Part shown: one piece after another, positions 38,100 to 50,348 of the stretch | Layout: every line of letters starts with the position of its first letter | How positions within the stretch are numbered: the stretch's first letter is position 1 | Source: Camelus ferus | Taxonomy: Eukaryota | Assembly (NCBI RefSeq): GCF_009834535.1 | Contig: NC_045696.1 | Location: 2,048,001 to 2,112,000, forward strand | Length of the DNA: 64,000 nt | Reading direction: 5' to 3' | Position numbers and translations under genes: made by a program | The notes under the pieces: generated by a model | The model's database searches: none | What the model was told of the DNA's origin: nothing | Seen by the model: only the letters and a program-made list of their open reading frames with translations

Positions 38100-38396
38100 G
38101 GCGCGCGGCTTAAAGGGGAGGCCCTTACGCCGGGCGAGCGCTGTCCTCCGACCGAAAGGCGCCCCGGCCGCGGGGTCTCCGCGGAGGTTCCCTCCGAGCC
38201 TCGGGGCCGAAGCCCGCGCGGACCGGCCGTGGGCGGCGGTGGGTCCTGCACTGGAGGGGCTGCACGGCTGGGAGCCGCCCCCGGGCCGGCGCCCTCGGGG
38301 GACAGGGCTGGCCTGGGGCGAGCAGCTGGGACTCGCCGCGGAGCGCCCACGAGCATCACACCCCCCCACCCCGGTGCCCGATGCGGAGGACGGCCC

Positions 38397-38540
38397 CAGG
38401 GGTCACTGACCGCCGCGTGCGGACACGGGGACCACTCAGGGGTCACTGACAGGCGCGTGCGGACACGGGGGGTCACTAGCACCGACACATGGACACGGGA
38501 AGCTCCCAGGAGTCACCAGCAACAGCAGGTGGACACACGC
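38397..38540 (+). repeat. Degenerate ~40-bp tandem repeat (about 4 units) upstream of the promoter
   Basis: caggggtcactgac..cgcgtgcggacacgggg recurs at 38397 and 38437, followed by two decayed units. Confidence 0.8.
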
Positions 38541-39424
38541 ACGTCAGTTTCTCTCCTGCGCGGGACGGTTGCCTAGAACCCAGCTTTGTTAATTTTACCA
38601 GAGGCCGGATGCCTTGGGGGGATCAGTTAACAAAACGGGTTAGTCCCCACGGCTGGGCTGACTGGCAGTTACCCCTTGCAGAACTCTTGGGCTTGTTTTT
38701 CTTGTCCTACTGGTTTTGTGAGGTCGCCTTGCTGCCCTGCAGTGAAACAAGGTCAGGTGCCTTCACAGTAGAACCCAAGGCCCCCAAGCACCTCAAGTCC
38801 TTCTCGGGGGCTAACGACAGAAGCGGGCTCACACCAGCTACTCCCAGTGTTTGGAATGAACCGCTTCTCTCTGGATTTCCGCAGCACTAGTTTCCTGTCT
38901 CCATGATGTTAAAATTCTTGAATTAGGGACTGCCTTTTACTTGTGTCCCCAACCCCTCCCCACCCCAATACCCAACCACACAGAGCCTTCCATGGAATAG
39001 GCACATTTTGAAAACGCCACAAAATGAAACCTTGCTTTAACTGCATCTAAGTTTCTTATGGAAGAAAAGTAGATTTGGGGTAACTTTTCTAAGTGAAATA
39101 AAGTAAACATATGTGAAATAGTTTGAGTGTGAACACAGCTGCTAAATGTGTGTGCATAGTGTAGCATGGTGCACTGTGGCTGGCTAAGGAGGCAAAGGTC
39201 AAGAGTTTAAGACACCTGGAGCCTGCAAGGCAGAGCACCGGACGAGAAGAAGGAGCTAAGGATGGAGAACCGGAAGTCTGTGTGGAGGTTCCCTGTAGTC
39301 GCTGGCCTCAGCTGGGCCCAGTACTCATTGGGTCAGATTCCATAGGGTTTACCAGGAAGTGGCTGTTACAGAGTCAAACATGGGTGCAAAGATTGGAGGC
39401 CAAGCAGGGCTGTAGGAGAGACCT

Positions 39425-39932
39425 TGTTGATTCCTCATTAACACTGTGAATGAGAAACATTGCAGCCGTATCAGTAAACAAGGAATGCCGTGGCCCGCAA
39501 GTCATCAGCCGCTACCACCGACTCAGGATGCAGACAAGCAGGCATCTTGGTCTCTGCATCCACCCCAAGCGGGGCACTGTGAGGGACGGGAAAGGGCAGG
39601 GCCCTGGCCCTAGGTAGCTAGGTGCTTGTCAAAGAATGATTTCAGTGAGCCCAGATGTTTGCGCCTTCCCACACATAGAAAAGTGCTAAATTCTTTAACC
39701 TGAGATGTCTGGTTTTCTTTAGTTAACAGTAATCTTTTGATGTTCTGACTACCTGGTCTTTGTTGTAAAACTCCTATATATCCTGGCTCCTCCCCTACCT
39801 CTTCTGAGCCGTCCCTCAGAGCGATCTGAGAGGCGGTCATCCCAGGCTCGAATGGGTTCAAGTCCTCAGAAATGTCCGCCGAATAAAACGTAACTCTCAA
39901 CTTTTACGTTGTGCGTTTTATTTCAGTCAATA
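39425..39932 (+). mobile_element. Solo ERV LTR (cetartiodactyl ERV1-like)
   Basis: TGTTGA start, TATATA at 39775, AATAAA at 39882, ends ttcagtcaata; homologous to 57660-57830. Confidence 0.8.
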
Positions 39933-39971
39933 ATACCCAAGGCATTCAGCCGAGACACCAGACTGAGGCCC

Positions 39972-40180
39972 CATGGGTCAGCCAGCTTTATCTGTAAAAG
40001 CCAAGTAAGTATTTTAGCTTTGCAGGCCACATGCAAAGCTGTTTCACATTCTTTTTTTTTTTTTTTTTTTTAACAATTATGTTTAAATATAAAAAAAAAA
40101 AAAACATTTTTAGCTGAAGGGTCACACAAAAACAGAGCACAGCCCAAACGTGACATGTGAGGTTACCCTTGCCCCAAACC
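39972..40180 (+). mobile_element. MER58-type DNA transposon with internal T- and A-runs
   Basis: gggtcagccagctttatctgtaaaagccaagtaagtattttagctttgcaggccac..ttttagctgaagggtcacacaaaaacag. Confidence 0.65.
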
Positions 40181-40279
40181 TGGCCCACAGTTGACCTACC
40201 TTCACAAAGTGTAAAGCAAAGCCTTGGCAAACTCCACAAGAGAGACAGAGTTTGGACGTTGACTCCTACCAAGTTGGAG

Positions 40280-41960
40280 GGGCTTGGGGACACCATGGAC
40301 ATTCCTCAGATCCAGTCTAGCAAAGCATAAGACTAAGCCCATGGAAAGTCAAGGTGAACTGCCAGTTAGACCAAAAGTCAAGACTCTTCCGTGGAGGATG
40401 ATCCAGGGTCAATACAATTTATGATTTACCAATGCCCAATATACACTAAAAAAATGACTAGACATTCAAAAACCAGAATGTGTAAACCAGAGTCAAGGGG
40501 AGAAAAGGCAGCCAATAAAAACCAACTCCTAAGTGGCCCAGATGCACATTTACAGATGAAGACTGGAAAGCATCTAAAACCACTGTGTTCAAAGAATTCA
40601 GTGAAAGTATGGTCTCAGTGAGCAAAGGGGTGGGGACTCCTGGCAGAGTAATAGGAAGTATAAAAAGAATCAAACGGAAATTCTAGGACTGGAAAGCACA
40701 ACAATTGAAATGAAAGTGTCACTGCATTGGCTTAAGAGCAGATTGGAGACAGCAGAGGAGTCAGTGAAGACAGACCAGTACAATTATTCAGTCTGAAGAA
40801 GAGAAAAACGATGGAAGAAAAAGGAACAGAGCTTTAGGGACCTACAGGACAATATAAAACAGCCTAACACATGTAATGTGTGAGTCTCAGAAGAAGAGAG
40901 TGAGCATAGGGCAGAAACTTTATCTAAACAAAATCATCGCCCCAAATCCACAAATTTGATGAAAAACATTGATTTACAGCTCAGGAAACTCAGGAAAACC
41001 TCAGTAGGATACTTACACAGAAAATCACACTTAGGCACGTTATAGTCAAACTGACGAAAGCCATAAAGAAATACATCTTTAAAAAGAAAGAAAGAAATCT
41101 TGAACACTGCCGGCAAAGAAACACACTTTCTGGGGAACAGTGGTAAGGATTTCCACTGTCTTTCCATCAGACACAATGTAAGCCAAAAAACCAATGGTAT
41201 AAACCTTTAAAAACTCAACCATGCAGCATACATCCAGCCAAACTACTCTAAACAGAAGGAGAGCAGACCAAGCTATTTCCAGGTGAGGCTGGGAGAGTCG
41301 GGCCCACAGGCAGGCACTGCAGGAAATGCCGTGGGATGTGCTTCAGGAGGAAGGGAGAGACCCAGAGACGGTGACTTGCACGTACAGGAGGGAAAGCCTG
41401 GCCCCTCAAAAAGTCCGCAGACGGGGGACGTAAATGGCTGCTGCCTTTTTCTCCCTCCCGTAGCCTCTTTAATAGACAACTGTGCTTCAAACATGCTTAG
41501 TAACTTTGTGTGGCGGTTTTTAAATGTACGTGGACGGAAAAGCTCTGACGACGACGGCACAAGGTGGGGGGGGGGGTGAAGGGCGTCGTGCGTGCGGGGC
41601 GTGTTACGCTGCGGAGCGGGCGGGAGCGGGGCGGCGAGTCGGGCCTGCGTGAAGGGCGAAGGCTGAAGTGATGCGGTGTCGCCGCCACAGAGCTCGGCGT
41701 GAGCCTGAGTATGTGCAGCCGCAGGGCAAGACTACTGGGAAAAAAGAATAAAAGGTTCGGCCAAGAATCCAGTAGAGGAAATAGACTGGGACACGTGAAA
41801 TACCTGATTAATCCAAAAAGAAGCAGGGCAGAAGCACAGGGGGACCAAACGAGAGGGGACCAACCCCGAGGGCCGTCGTCGCCTCTAGGCAGCAGGGAAG
41901 CACACGTTACAGGGACGGCGACCTGTCGCTTCACATCCACCCACACAGCAAAAACTGAAC
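40280..41960 (+). mobile_element. Old L1M ORF1 / inter-ORF fossil
   Basis: gaaattctaggactggaaagcacaa..cagagctttagggacc..aaatttgatgaaaaacattgattt..aggcacgttatagtcaaactg. Confidence 0.75.
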
Positions 41961-42935
41961 TAAACTAAAACTGACAGCACCACGTGCAGCCTCAGCGCGG
42001 GTCTCCACGTCCTCAGCCTGCTCTCGCAGAGCCGGGTCCGGGGGCTCCGAGGAAGCAGGCACCAGCAACTCTCCCGTGGTGGCAGCGCTGCGGCCCGGCC
42101 TCCCGGGCCGGCGCTGGCCGCGAGGACTGCCCTTTCCGGCGGCTGGGCGGGCGGAGGGCAGGGCAGGGCCAAGCCGGCCGCTCTGTCCCAGGTGGCCCCC
42201 GGCTCGCGGGCCGCAAGGGGCCGCCTGCGCTCTCCCCACCGAGCAGGCCCATCAGAGACCTTTTTATCACGTGCTAATTTAGACAGTGCTTGAATTCAGC
42301 ACAAATACTGGTTCAGCCACTCCTTTCAATCATTTTCAATTTGTGAAAATGATGCTATGCTTATTAGTCAATGTCCATTCTTTTTTCTCAGATTCTTTTC
42401 TCCTAAGACAGCATTTGTTTTTTTCGAGGTTGCTGGAACTGGAGCCCAAACGCTCTTTCCTGGTAGCCCATTACGTTGTCTCTGGATCGCAAAGAGCCTG
42501 TTCAATTATGTATCGGGATAGCTGTAGGCGTTGTCTGAAGGGAGCCCCGTGGGGTTTGCTCTGCCCCCAGGCAGGGCCTCCCCAAGGAGGGCTGCGCCAG
42601 GACGAATGGTGAGCCCGCAGGGGTTCGGGCAGCTCTACCCCCAGTGCCCGAAAACTGGAAACCCCACCCAGGTACCCTTGGACGGGTGACCAGTTAAAAC
42701 CGTGTGGTCCGTCCACACCACGGAAGACACAGCAGCAAGGAAAAGGGCTGAACTGCTGCTACACACCACCACCAGGATGGGGCTTGACAGAGCTACGCTG
42801 AGCGAGGAAACTCCAGCCCAGAGTCAGAGGCCTGCCGTGGGATTCCATCTGTGTCACACTCTTCTTTGCCCTGGGGGGTTTCCCGGGCACAATGGCTGAG
42901 CGCACCGTGATGGATAATTGTATTGGGCACGATCA

Positions 42936-43855
42936 TTTTTTGATTAGAGTTGGTTGACGAACTGTGTTAGTTTCTAGTGTACAGCACAGTGATTCGGTTA
43001 TACATATATATTCTTTTTCATTATAGGTTTTTACAGGATATTGAATATAGTTCCCCGTGCTCTACAGTAGGGCCTTGTCGTTTATCTATTTTATATACAG
43101 TAGTTTGTATCTGCTAATCCCAAAGTCCCAATTTATCCCTCCGCCACCCCCTTTCCTCTTTGGTAACCACAAGTTTGTTTTCTATGTCTGTGAGACTGTT
43201 TCTGGTTTGTAAGTAAGTTAATTTGCATCTTTTTAGATTCCACATATAAGTGACATATGACATTTGTCTTTGACTTACTTCACTTAGTATGATAATCTTT
43301 AGGTCCATCCATGTTACTGCAAATGGCATTGTTTCATTCCTTTTTATGGCTGAGTAGTATTTCATTATTTATATATATATATACCACAACCTCTTTATCC
43401 AGCCATCTGTCAGCGGGCATTTAGGTTGCTTTCATGTCTCAGTTATTGTAAATACTGCTGCTGTGAACATTGGGGTACACATATTTTTTCAAATTAGAGT
43501 TCCCTCCAGACATATACCCAGGAGTGGGATTGCTGGATCATATGGTAAGTCTATTTTTAGTTTTTCAAGGACTCTCCATGCTGTTTTCCACAGTGGCTGC
43601 ACCAGACTGCATCCCCAGCAGCAGTGCAGAAGGGCTCCCTGTCCTCCACACCTCCGGCATTTACTGTTTATGAGCTTTTTAATGACGGCCATTCTGACTA
43701 GCGTGAGGTGATGCCTCACTGTAGTTTTGATTTACGTTTCTCTGATAATTAGCGATATTGAGCAACTTTTCATGTGCCTCTTGGCCATCTGTTATGTCTT
43801 CATTGGAGAAATGCCTGTTTAGCTCTTCTGCCCATTTTTTTGATTGGGTCGTCTG
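42936..43855 (-). mobile_element. 5'-truncated LINE-1 (ORF2 C-terminus + 3'UTR)
   Basis: Peptides [37 protein letters not shown] and [20 protein letters not shown]; cetartiodactyl-type L1 3'UTR. Confidence 0.93.
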
Positions 43856-46800
43856 TATGTATGTAATATTCTTGAAACAACAAAATTAGAGACATGGAGA
43901 ACAGGTGAGTGGTTGCCAAGGGTTAAGGCAGGGGTGTGCAGTCAGGAGGGGAATGGATGTGGCTCTAAAAGGGCAGCGGGGGTGGGGGGGACGGACCTGG
44001 TGAGCACGGTGTGTCCTGAGTCTGGCCAGCAGCAGGCCCAGCACCCTGCCGTGATGCTGGGCTAGAGCTCTGCAGGACGCTGCCCCGGGGGACTGGGTAA
44101 AGGGTGCATGGAACCTCTCTTACAACTGCATGTGAACCCACGTGATCACAAAATAAAAGTTTAATAAAAACTCAGCTGACTGTAAAGCTGTAGCACGTGA
44201 GTTTCCGAAGAATCCACCAGGTGAAGCGTGTGTTGCTCTCAGCGGTCCACAGCGCGCTGGCTCCTCTGTTTACTGCACTTCCTTCCCTCTCGCGATGTGC
44301 AGGAGAACCCCCCAGGCGAGCCATCCACAAATAACAGCCCCAAGTGAGCAACCAGTCCACACGAGGCAAACAGAAGTAGCAACAGAGACAGGAGAGAGAC
44401 TCTTTCTCGTGAGCAACGGAGGAATGCACGTAAACTTTTTTTTCCCACTAAATTAACAAAAACCTGGGCTGTTGGGGAGAGGAGAGCTGAGGGAGGTGAG
44501 GGTGGGGCAAAGCCAGCAGTCTAGCATGCCTGGACGGTATTTTTTCTGCTTCAGGAGATTCTCTGAGATGCCACTGTTTTAAAAAGCAGTAACACCCTTT
44601 CATCCTTTGACCCAGCAACTCCACTTCGAGGTCTCTTTAAGGAAACCATCTCTCCCAAACCTTTGTGGATAAAAACACCTGTTGCAGCGTCGGCTGCTGT
44701 TGTCAAAAATGGAAAATAACTGAAATAAATACCAATGACAGTGTTATACAAAGTGTGCTGTGTTTATTGGCTGAACTATTATGTAACCATCAAAACTCTG
44801 TTTAGAAAGGGTTTATGATAGTCTGGGAATGTTAATGTTGCAATGTTATGTACATCAGTGGTAACTGTGAAAGTGGATTCCTGGATCTTAGAACTCTCTC
44901 CCTCGCCATGCTCGTGACTGCTACCACCATTGTTTTTCTCGACACTTTTGGAGTGGTACCCTTGACGGAGCATGCCAAAGGTCTGAGGACTTTGCCAGTC
45001 CCCAGCTAGCAGATCTGTGGAGATACAGAATCGAACACATTGAAATGGACGCTCTGGTGACAGAGAAACCAACAGTCAGCACCTGCCTATAATCTTATCT
45101 GAAACCTGAGTAACTTGAAGCCTTTTTAAAGTCTCTGGAGCATTTTAAAAGGAATGAATGTTGGCTTTTAGAAAGCTTTAAAAAAAAAAAAGGTCTTAAA
45201 ATAAACATGGTGTGATATGATCACAACTAAATAAAAGGAAAAAACACAAAACAAAAACAAAACTATTTTAAGAGATTGGAATAAAATGCACAGAAATGCC
45301 AGCAGTGACTGTCGGGCTGGAGGTGATTTCTTCCCCCTTTCCCATCTATCTGCCTTCCCCACTTGTCTGAAGGAGCCCGACTGTGTACAAAAAGGAACAG
45401 AGCCACACTGCTAGCTGGGTTCCAAAAATTACCCTTCTCCTGAGCCTCAGTCTTCGCATCTGAAAGCAGGGATCATGATACAATTTCCCCCCCAAAGCAC
45501 GTATGCTCCGCATTTGAGCCCCTCAGAATCCCCAGGAGGAGGTATTCCGAGCTCCACTTCACAGACGGTTGGTGGAGGCACAGACGGAGCAGCCGCAGCG
45601 CAGGGGCGGTGCCTTTACATCCCCTCCCCGGTCCACACAGGAGGGGCCGGGGCACCGCGGGTGGAAGGGCAGAGCTGGGGTGCGGCCCGGCCCCAGCCCG
45701 CCTGCCCTCCTCTTGGTCTCAACAGTAGGCTTAGTTCCCTGTTCGCTGTGACTGTTTTCGTGTGTTATTTCCACAAAGAACTCACTCGGCACATCTGTTG
45801 GCACAGAAACCATGTCCTCCTCCCAGGTCTTACTCTGCAGCACGCGGCTTCAATCCCCCCCCCACCCCCGCCTCCCGCCGTAGGGCAAGCAAGCCTGGCG
45901 CCCTGGACGGCGCTTCCCGACATTCTCATCGGAGCTCTTATTTTGAGCTCCGCTGCCTTTTCCTTGGCTTTCTGACAGCCTGGATTCTCGCCTTTCAGGC
46001 TGCAGTTATTCCCCGAGAGGACTTTCCATGCCCAAGTCTGCTGTCCCTCACCTGTGTTCCTGCCAGATGGGGGCGGGAGGTGGGGGCAGGCGCGACCCCC
46101 TTGCTGGAGGCCCTCGTGTATCCTCCATCCACCTTTTCGGGCTCTTCTCCAGCCCAGGGAGCCACCCCCTTCCCTGGTGGCAGCAGCCAGCTGTGACCTG
46201 ACTTAGCCATGGGAGCAGGGTTAGTGGCTTTTGTGCCAGCCCCTGGCATGTTTAATATTGGGTCATGGGGGCAGAAAGGAGCTGTGGGAGGGACGGGCAG
46301 GTTGTGAGCTGAGCCACTCAGAATGCCAACCTCCAAAGGCACCAAAGCTTCATTGGTGCAGGGGGGAAGGGAGGCGTCAGCTAACCTAGATTTCCGCATC
46401 TCTTCCCTGTCACCCGCACGATGTGAAATTGCCCGGTCACGGTGGCCCGCACAGGCGCACACAGACTCTAGCAGACATGTTGGGTGCCCTGGGCCCCTCT
46501 CCTGCACTCACTCTGACTCAGCTACAGCTGGGCAGCCCGGCACTGGTAGGGCCCGCCTCCAGGACCTGAGGGGGCCCAGAGCTGGCTGAGCAGGAAGTGG
46601 TGGGGAAGTGACACCACCAGGCCCTCCCTCGGCCAGCGGGTGGGTCACCTTGCAGAACTCAGTGCAAGGTGCACAGCTCTGAGGGCCCCGGCGGAGTCCA
46701 GCCCACAGAGGTAACAGCTCAGTGACGGGCACTGTCACGGCTCCTGGTCCTCCCCACGCCCCTCCTCCTCCCCCTGGGCCGCCGGCAAGGAAGCCCTGCA

Positions 46801-47689
46801 CCCAAGTCTTGCTCACTCATACCCCTACCTAAGGCCTGCGCTGATCAGTCTCATGGTGGAGGGACACTGCCCAAAAGTCTAAAACAGACAAAAACAGACA
46901 CATGCATGGCCCAGTCACTGACACTCAGAGGTGCCTCGATTACCTAAATGTTACCCATTTAATTCCCTGAACAGGAACTTAACTGGCTCAGAAAATCACG
47001 CGTAATAACTGCTTTGTTTTGCACAAGAGCACTTAACTGTTACTAATAGAAAACCCATTTTCACCCTGAATCATGTAATGAATGTGGAAGTGGTGTTCGT
47101 GGACCACAGCCCTGAGGGAGGGCCGGTGGCCCGCGTGCCTCGGCCAGTTCTAGGGGCAGCTAAAGGCCGCCGTCTAAGCGGCCAGCCCACTGTCCCTGGC
47201 CGTCCAGCCCAGGGGCTCCAGACCTGAGGTGACAGAAGGCGACCTGCAGTGTCGGTGGCTAGCTTGTCACTGTCTGTTTGTCCCGCTCCGACTGCAGCTG
47301 GCACGGAGGCCCCGGGGGTTTTGTGAGTGAGGGGCCCCCAGGGCTGCTCCCCCAGGCCCAGCAGCCACCTCTGACCCTGGGCTCCTCCTCGCCTCCCTTC
47401 CTGCACAGAGATTTCTACAGACACTGGCAGCTGGGGAGACGGCGAGGGGGCAGGAAGATAGGCTGTCCTCCCAGCAAACCCCAACAGCGTTTCCTCCCTC
47501 CGAGGCTGCTCACGGGAGGACAGAGGAGCCCGTGCCTCTCAGTCCGAGGCAGAACCAGTATGAGAAGTAACTACATTCGGGTCCAACAAGACGGTCACCA
47601 CAGTGAACGTGAGGGAGGCAGTCCCAGCGCAGCCGCAGGGAGGGGCACCCTCTCCACATAGCCCTGAAGCATCCGCAGGTGCTGGCCAT

Positions 47690-50000
47690 GCACCGAGCCT
47701 CCGAGAAAACCTCAGTAACTTCCCAAACTGCAGGAGAAGACAGCAAGATTCTCTGACCAAAATGCAGCAATGCCAGAAATTGATAACAAAGTGAGGAAAC
47801 CAAAAAAAGGCATTCTATTTGGAAATCTACAAATTTTTTTCCTAAACAACCTGGGTCAAAGGGCAAATATGAGCCCACCTGCACGATTTCTAAAAACCAA
47901 AAACACTGCCTATCAGGACCTGTGAGTGGTGGTCTATGGAAAACACATCACCCTTCCATTCAAATATAGCCATTTTTTAAAAGGGAAGAATGAAAACAGA
48001 TGAATTCAGCACTACATTAGAAGATTAGAAAATGCCAAAAAAAAAAAAAAAAGGTAAGAAAGTAGAAGGAAGAGGTTAAGACAAAAGCAATGACCTGGAA
48101 CATTGTAGATCAACTCTACCTTAATGAGAGAGAGAGAGAGAGAGGACAAAAGCGATAGAAAGGAGAAAGCTATTGAAAGAAATAAGCTGACACTTTGGAA
48201 AAAATAAGTAAGCGACCAGCTGAGTGAGGGGAAGAGGGGGAGAAGGTACACATACACAGTATAAAAACGGCAAGGTGAGAAATAACCACAGAGACGAGAA
48301 AAAATGCTTTTTAACTTAAGTGACTAATTTGTACTAATTTAATTTAAGCAACTATTTATTTGCAATAAATCTTAAACTGGGATGAAATTTAATTTTCTAG
48401 GAAAAAAAAATTGACTCTGGAAAACGTAGGAAGACTAAACAGACAATTTCCAAACAAGAAATAGAAAAAGTTGTTAAAAGTTGTGCCTCCCCTACCCCGA
48501 CCCAAAATCCCACCCAATCCCAGGGACAGTCTCCCATCCTTGGGCAGCTCCAGAGCATCAAAAAAGAAGGAAAACTTACCACTTTTTTTATTTGAAGACA
48601 CATTCTATTGATGTCAAAGCCTGATAAAGACTGCCCACGGAAAGAAACCTGGAAATCAGTATAAATCACAAGTATGAATGCTAAAATCTTGAATACAATA
48701 TTAGCAAATGGGATCCGTCACCTGTTAGAGAATAATCTGTTACCAAGCGGAGTTGGAAGCAAAAGCAAAAAGGCAAGTTAACGTTAGAGACCTATTCTTG
48801 TAACCCTCCAGATTCATAGGTTTAAGGATAAAATCCTTGTGATTATCTCTATTAATCCAGAGAAGGTGCTTCCCAAACTCAACAGTCATTCTGGAATTTT
48901 AAAAAATGCTCAATAAAACGGGAATTGATGGAGTCTTCTTTACCATAGCCACAGATATAAAATTACCCTTGTGCGAGCACCACCCCCAAAGTCGGCATCA
49001 CACATAGCGAGGGGACGCTGGAGTTATTCCCATGAAAGTCAGAAGCAGGACAGGATTTCCAACACCGTTACCCCTATTTAATATTGAACTAGATACTGGT
49101 CAGTGCAATTAGACAAGACAGAGAAATTGGAGGCATAAAAACAGTCATTACTTTGGAAATCAGGTTCAATAAAGAATCTATTTTAAATGAGCACAGAAAG
49201 TAAGAGAACCTAGCAGGTTACTTATATTATTAAAATGTAAATAATATTAAAATTAGTAATATTTATAAATAAATTATATATTATTAAACAATCATATATT
49301 ATTATATAACACATTGTAATATAACGTGAATTGTAATCTACATAAATTGATATACAATATTAATTATATTGATTCCACATAGTGATCAGTAGGTAGTGCG
49401 TATGTCTGACCACATAGAAGATACAGGAGAGAGGATCCCACAATAATAACAGCAAAAAAGATGAAGAATCCGTGAATATGTGTAACAAGTAACGTGTAAA
49501 ACATGCCTGAGGAAAACAGTCCAAGACCCCAAAGCGGACTTGCACAAATGAAAATACAAGCCATGCTGCTGGCTGGGGCCACGCAATATCATGGGCGCGC
49601 CGGCTCTGCCTGGGTTGATTTATAAGTTTAACGCAAGCCTTACAGTCAGAAGTACCAACAGGCTTACATTTCTGTTTCTAGAAAAGCTGATTTCAAAAAT
49701 GATATGAAAGAATAAACCCTGAAAAGGAAGAGTAAGAGTTTCCTACTGGCTTGGAAAGTGCTCCGCGAGGCCTTGGTGACTGTCCCCCTTGAGTGGGAGG
49801 GACAGCCACCAACAGACCAGTGGGACAAAGCCTGAGAATCAGAAATAGACCCCCAAACACATGGGAACTTAGTATGTGATAAAGTTGGAATTTCAAATCA
49901 AAGGGTGTAAAAATGGACCTCAATGAAGATCATTTGGAAGTACGAGGAGGGACTGAGAGGCACTGAATAAAGAAGCGAAAATTGTATTTCTGTTCTTTTT
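47690..50000 (+). mobile_element. Old L1ME-type ORF2 fossil with low-complexity AT insert (about 49225-49370)
   Basis: A-rich with L1 RT-like segments (atgctaaaatcttgaatacaatattagcaaat, cagtgcaattagacaaga, cagaaatagaccccc). Confidence 0.7.
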
Positions 50001-50348
50001 ATAACTATTTTCAGGAGCAGGGCCAAATTCGTGCAACAAGACAGAGAGACTTCCCTGTTCGCTCCGTGCCCGCTGCCCCCTGCCCACGCCCGCCCAGGCG
50101 ACGTGTGGCCGTGTGGCTGTGCTCCTGCCCCGGCGCGCTGACTTCTGCGGTTCCGTGTGTCCGCACTTAACCCACGCTGAGGGTCTCACGCGTACTTTCC
50201 CCACTGAATCCAGCCACTGAAAGGAGAGCGCTCATCGCCATTGTCCACTTGGGACCTCCTTCTCAAACAGAGTCACTGCCAGCGTGACGGGGCTTTGGGG
50301 GAGCTCATCAGAGACTTGAAAAAGAGCCGCCGTAAAGGCGTCAGCAGA

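Larger units (their letters stand above)
37330..38575. promoter_or_regulatory. CpG island / TRAPPC10 promoter
   Basis: Very GC- and CpG-dense stretch covering exon 1 and its upstream region. Confidence 0.92.

Noticed and set aside
37351..38409. 352-aa + strand ORF and other long ORFs across the CpG island
   Set aside because: Low-complexity Pro/Arg/Gly/Ala translations are expected from stop-poor GC-rich DNA; no recognisable domain.
40052..40104. T20 / A14 inverted homopolymers forming a possible hairpin
   Set aside because: Slippage expansions inside a MER58-like element; no evidence of function.
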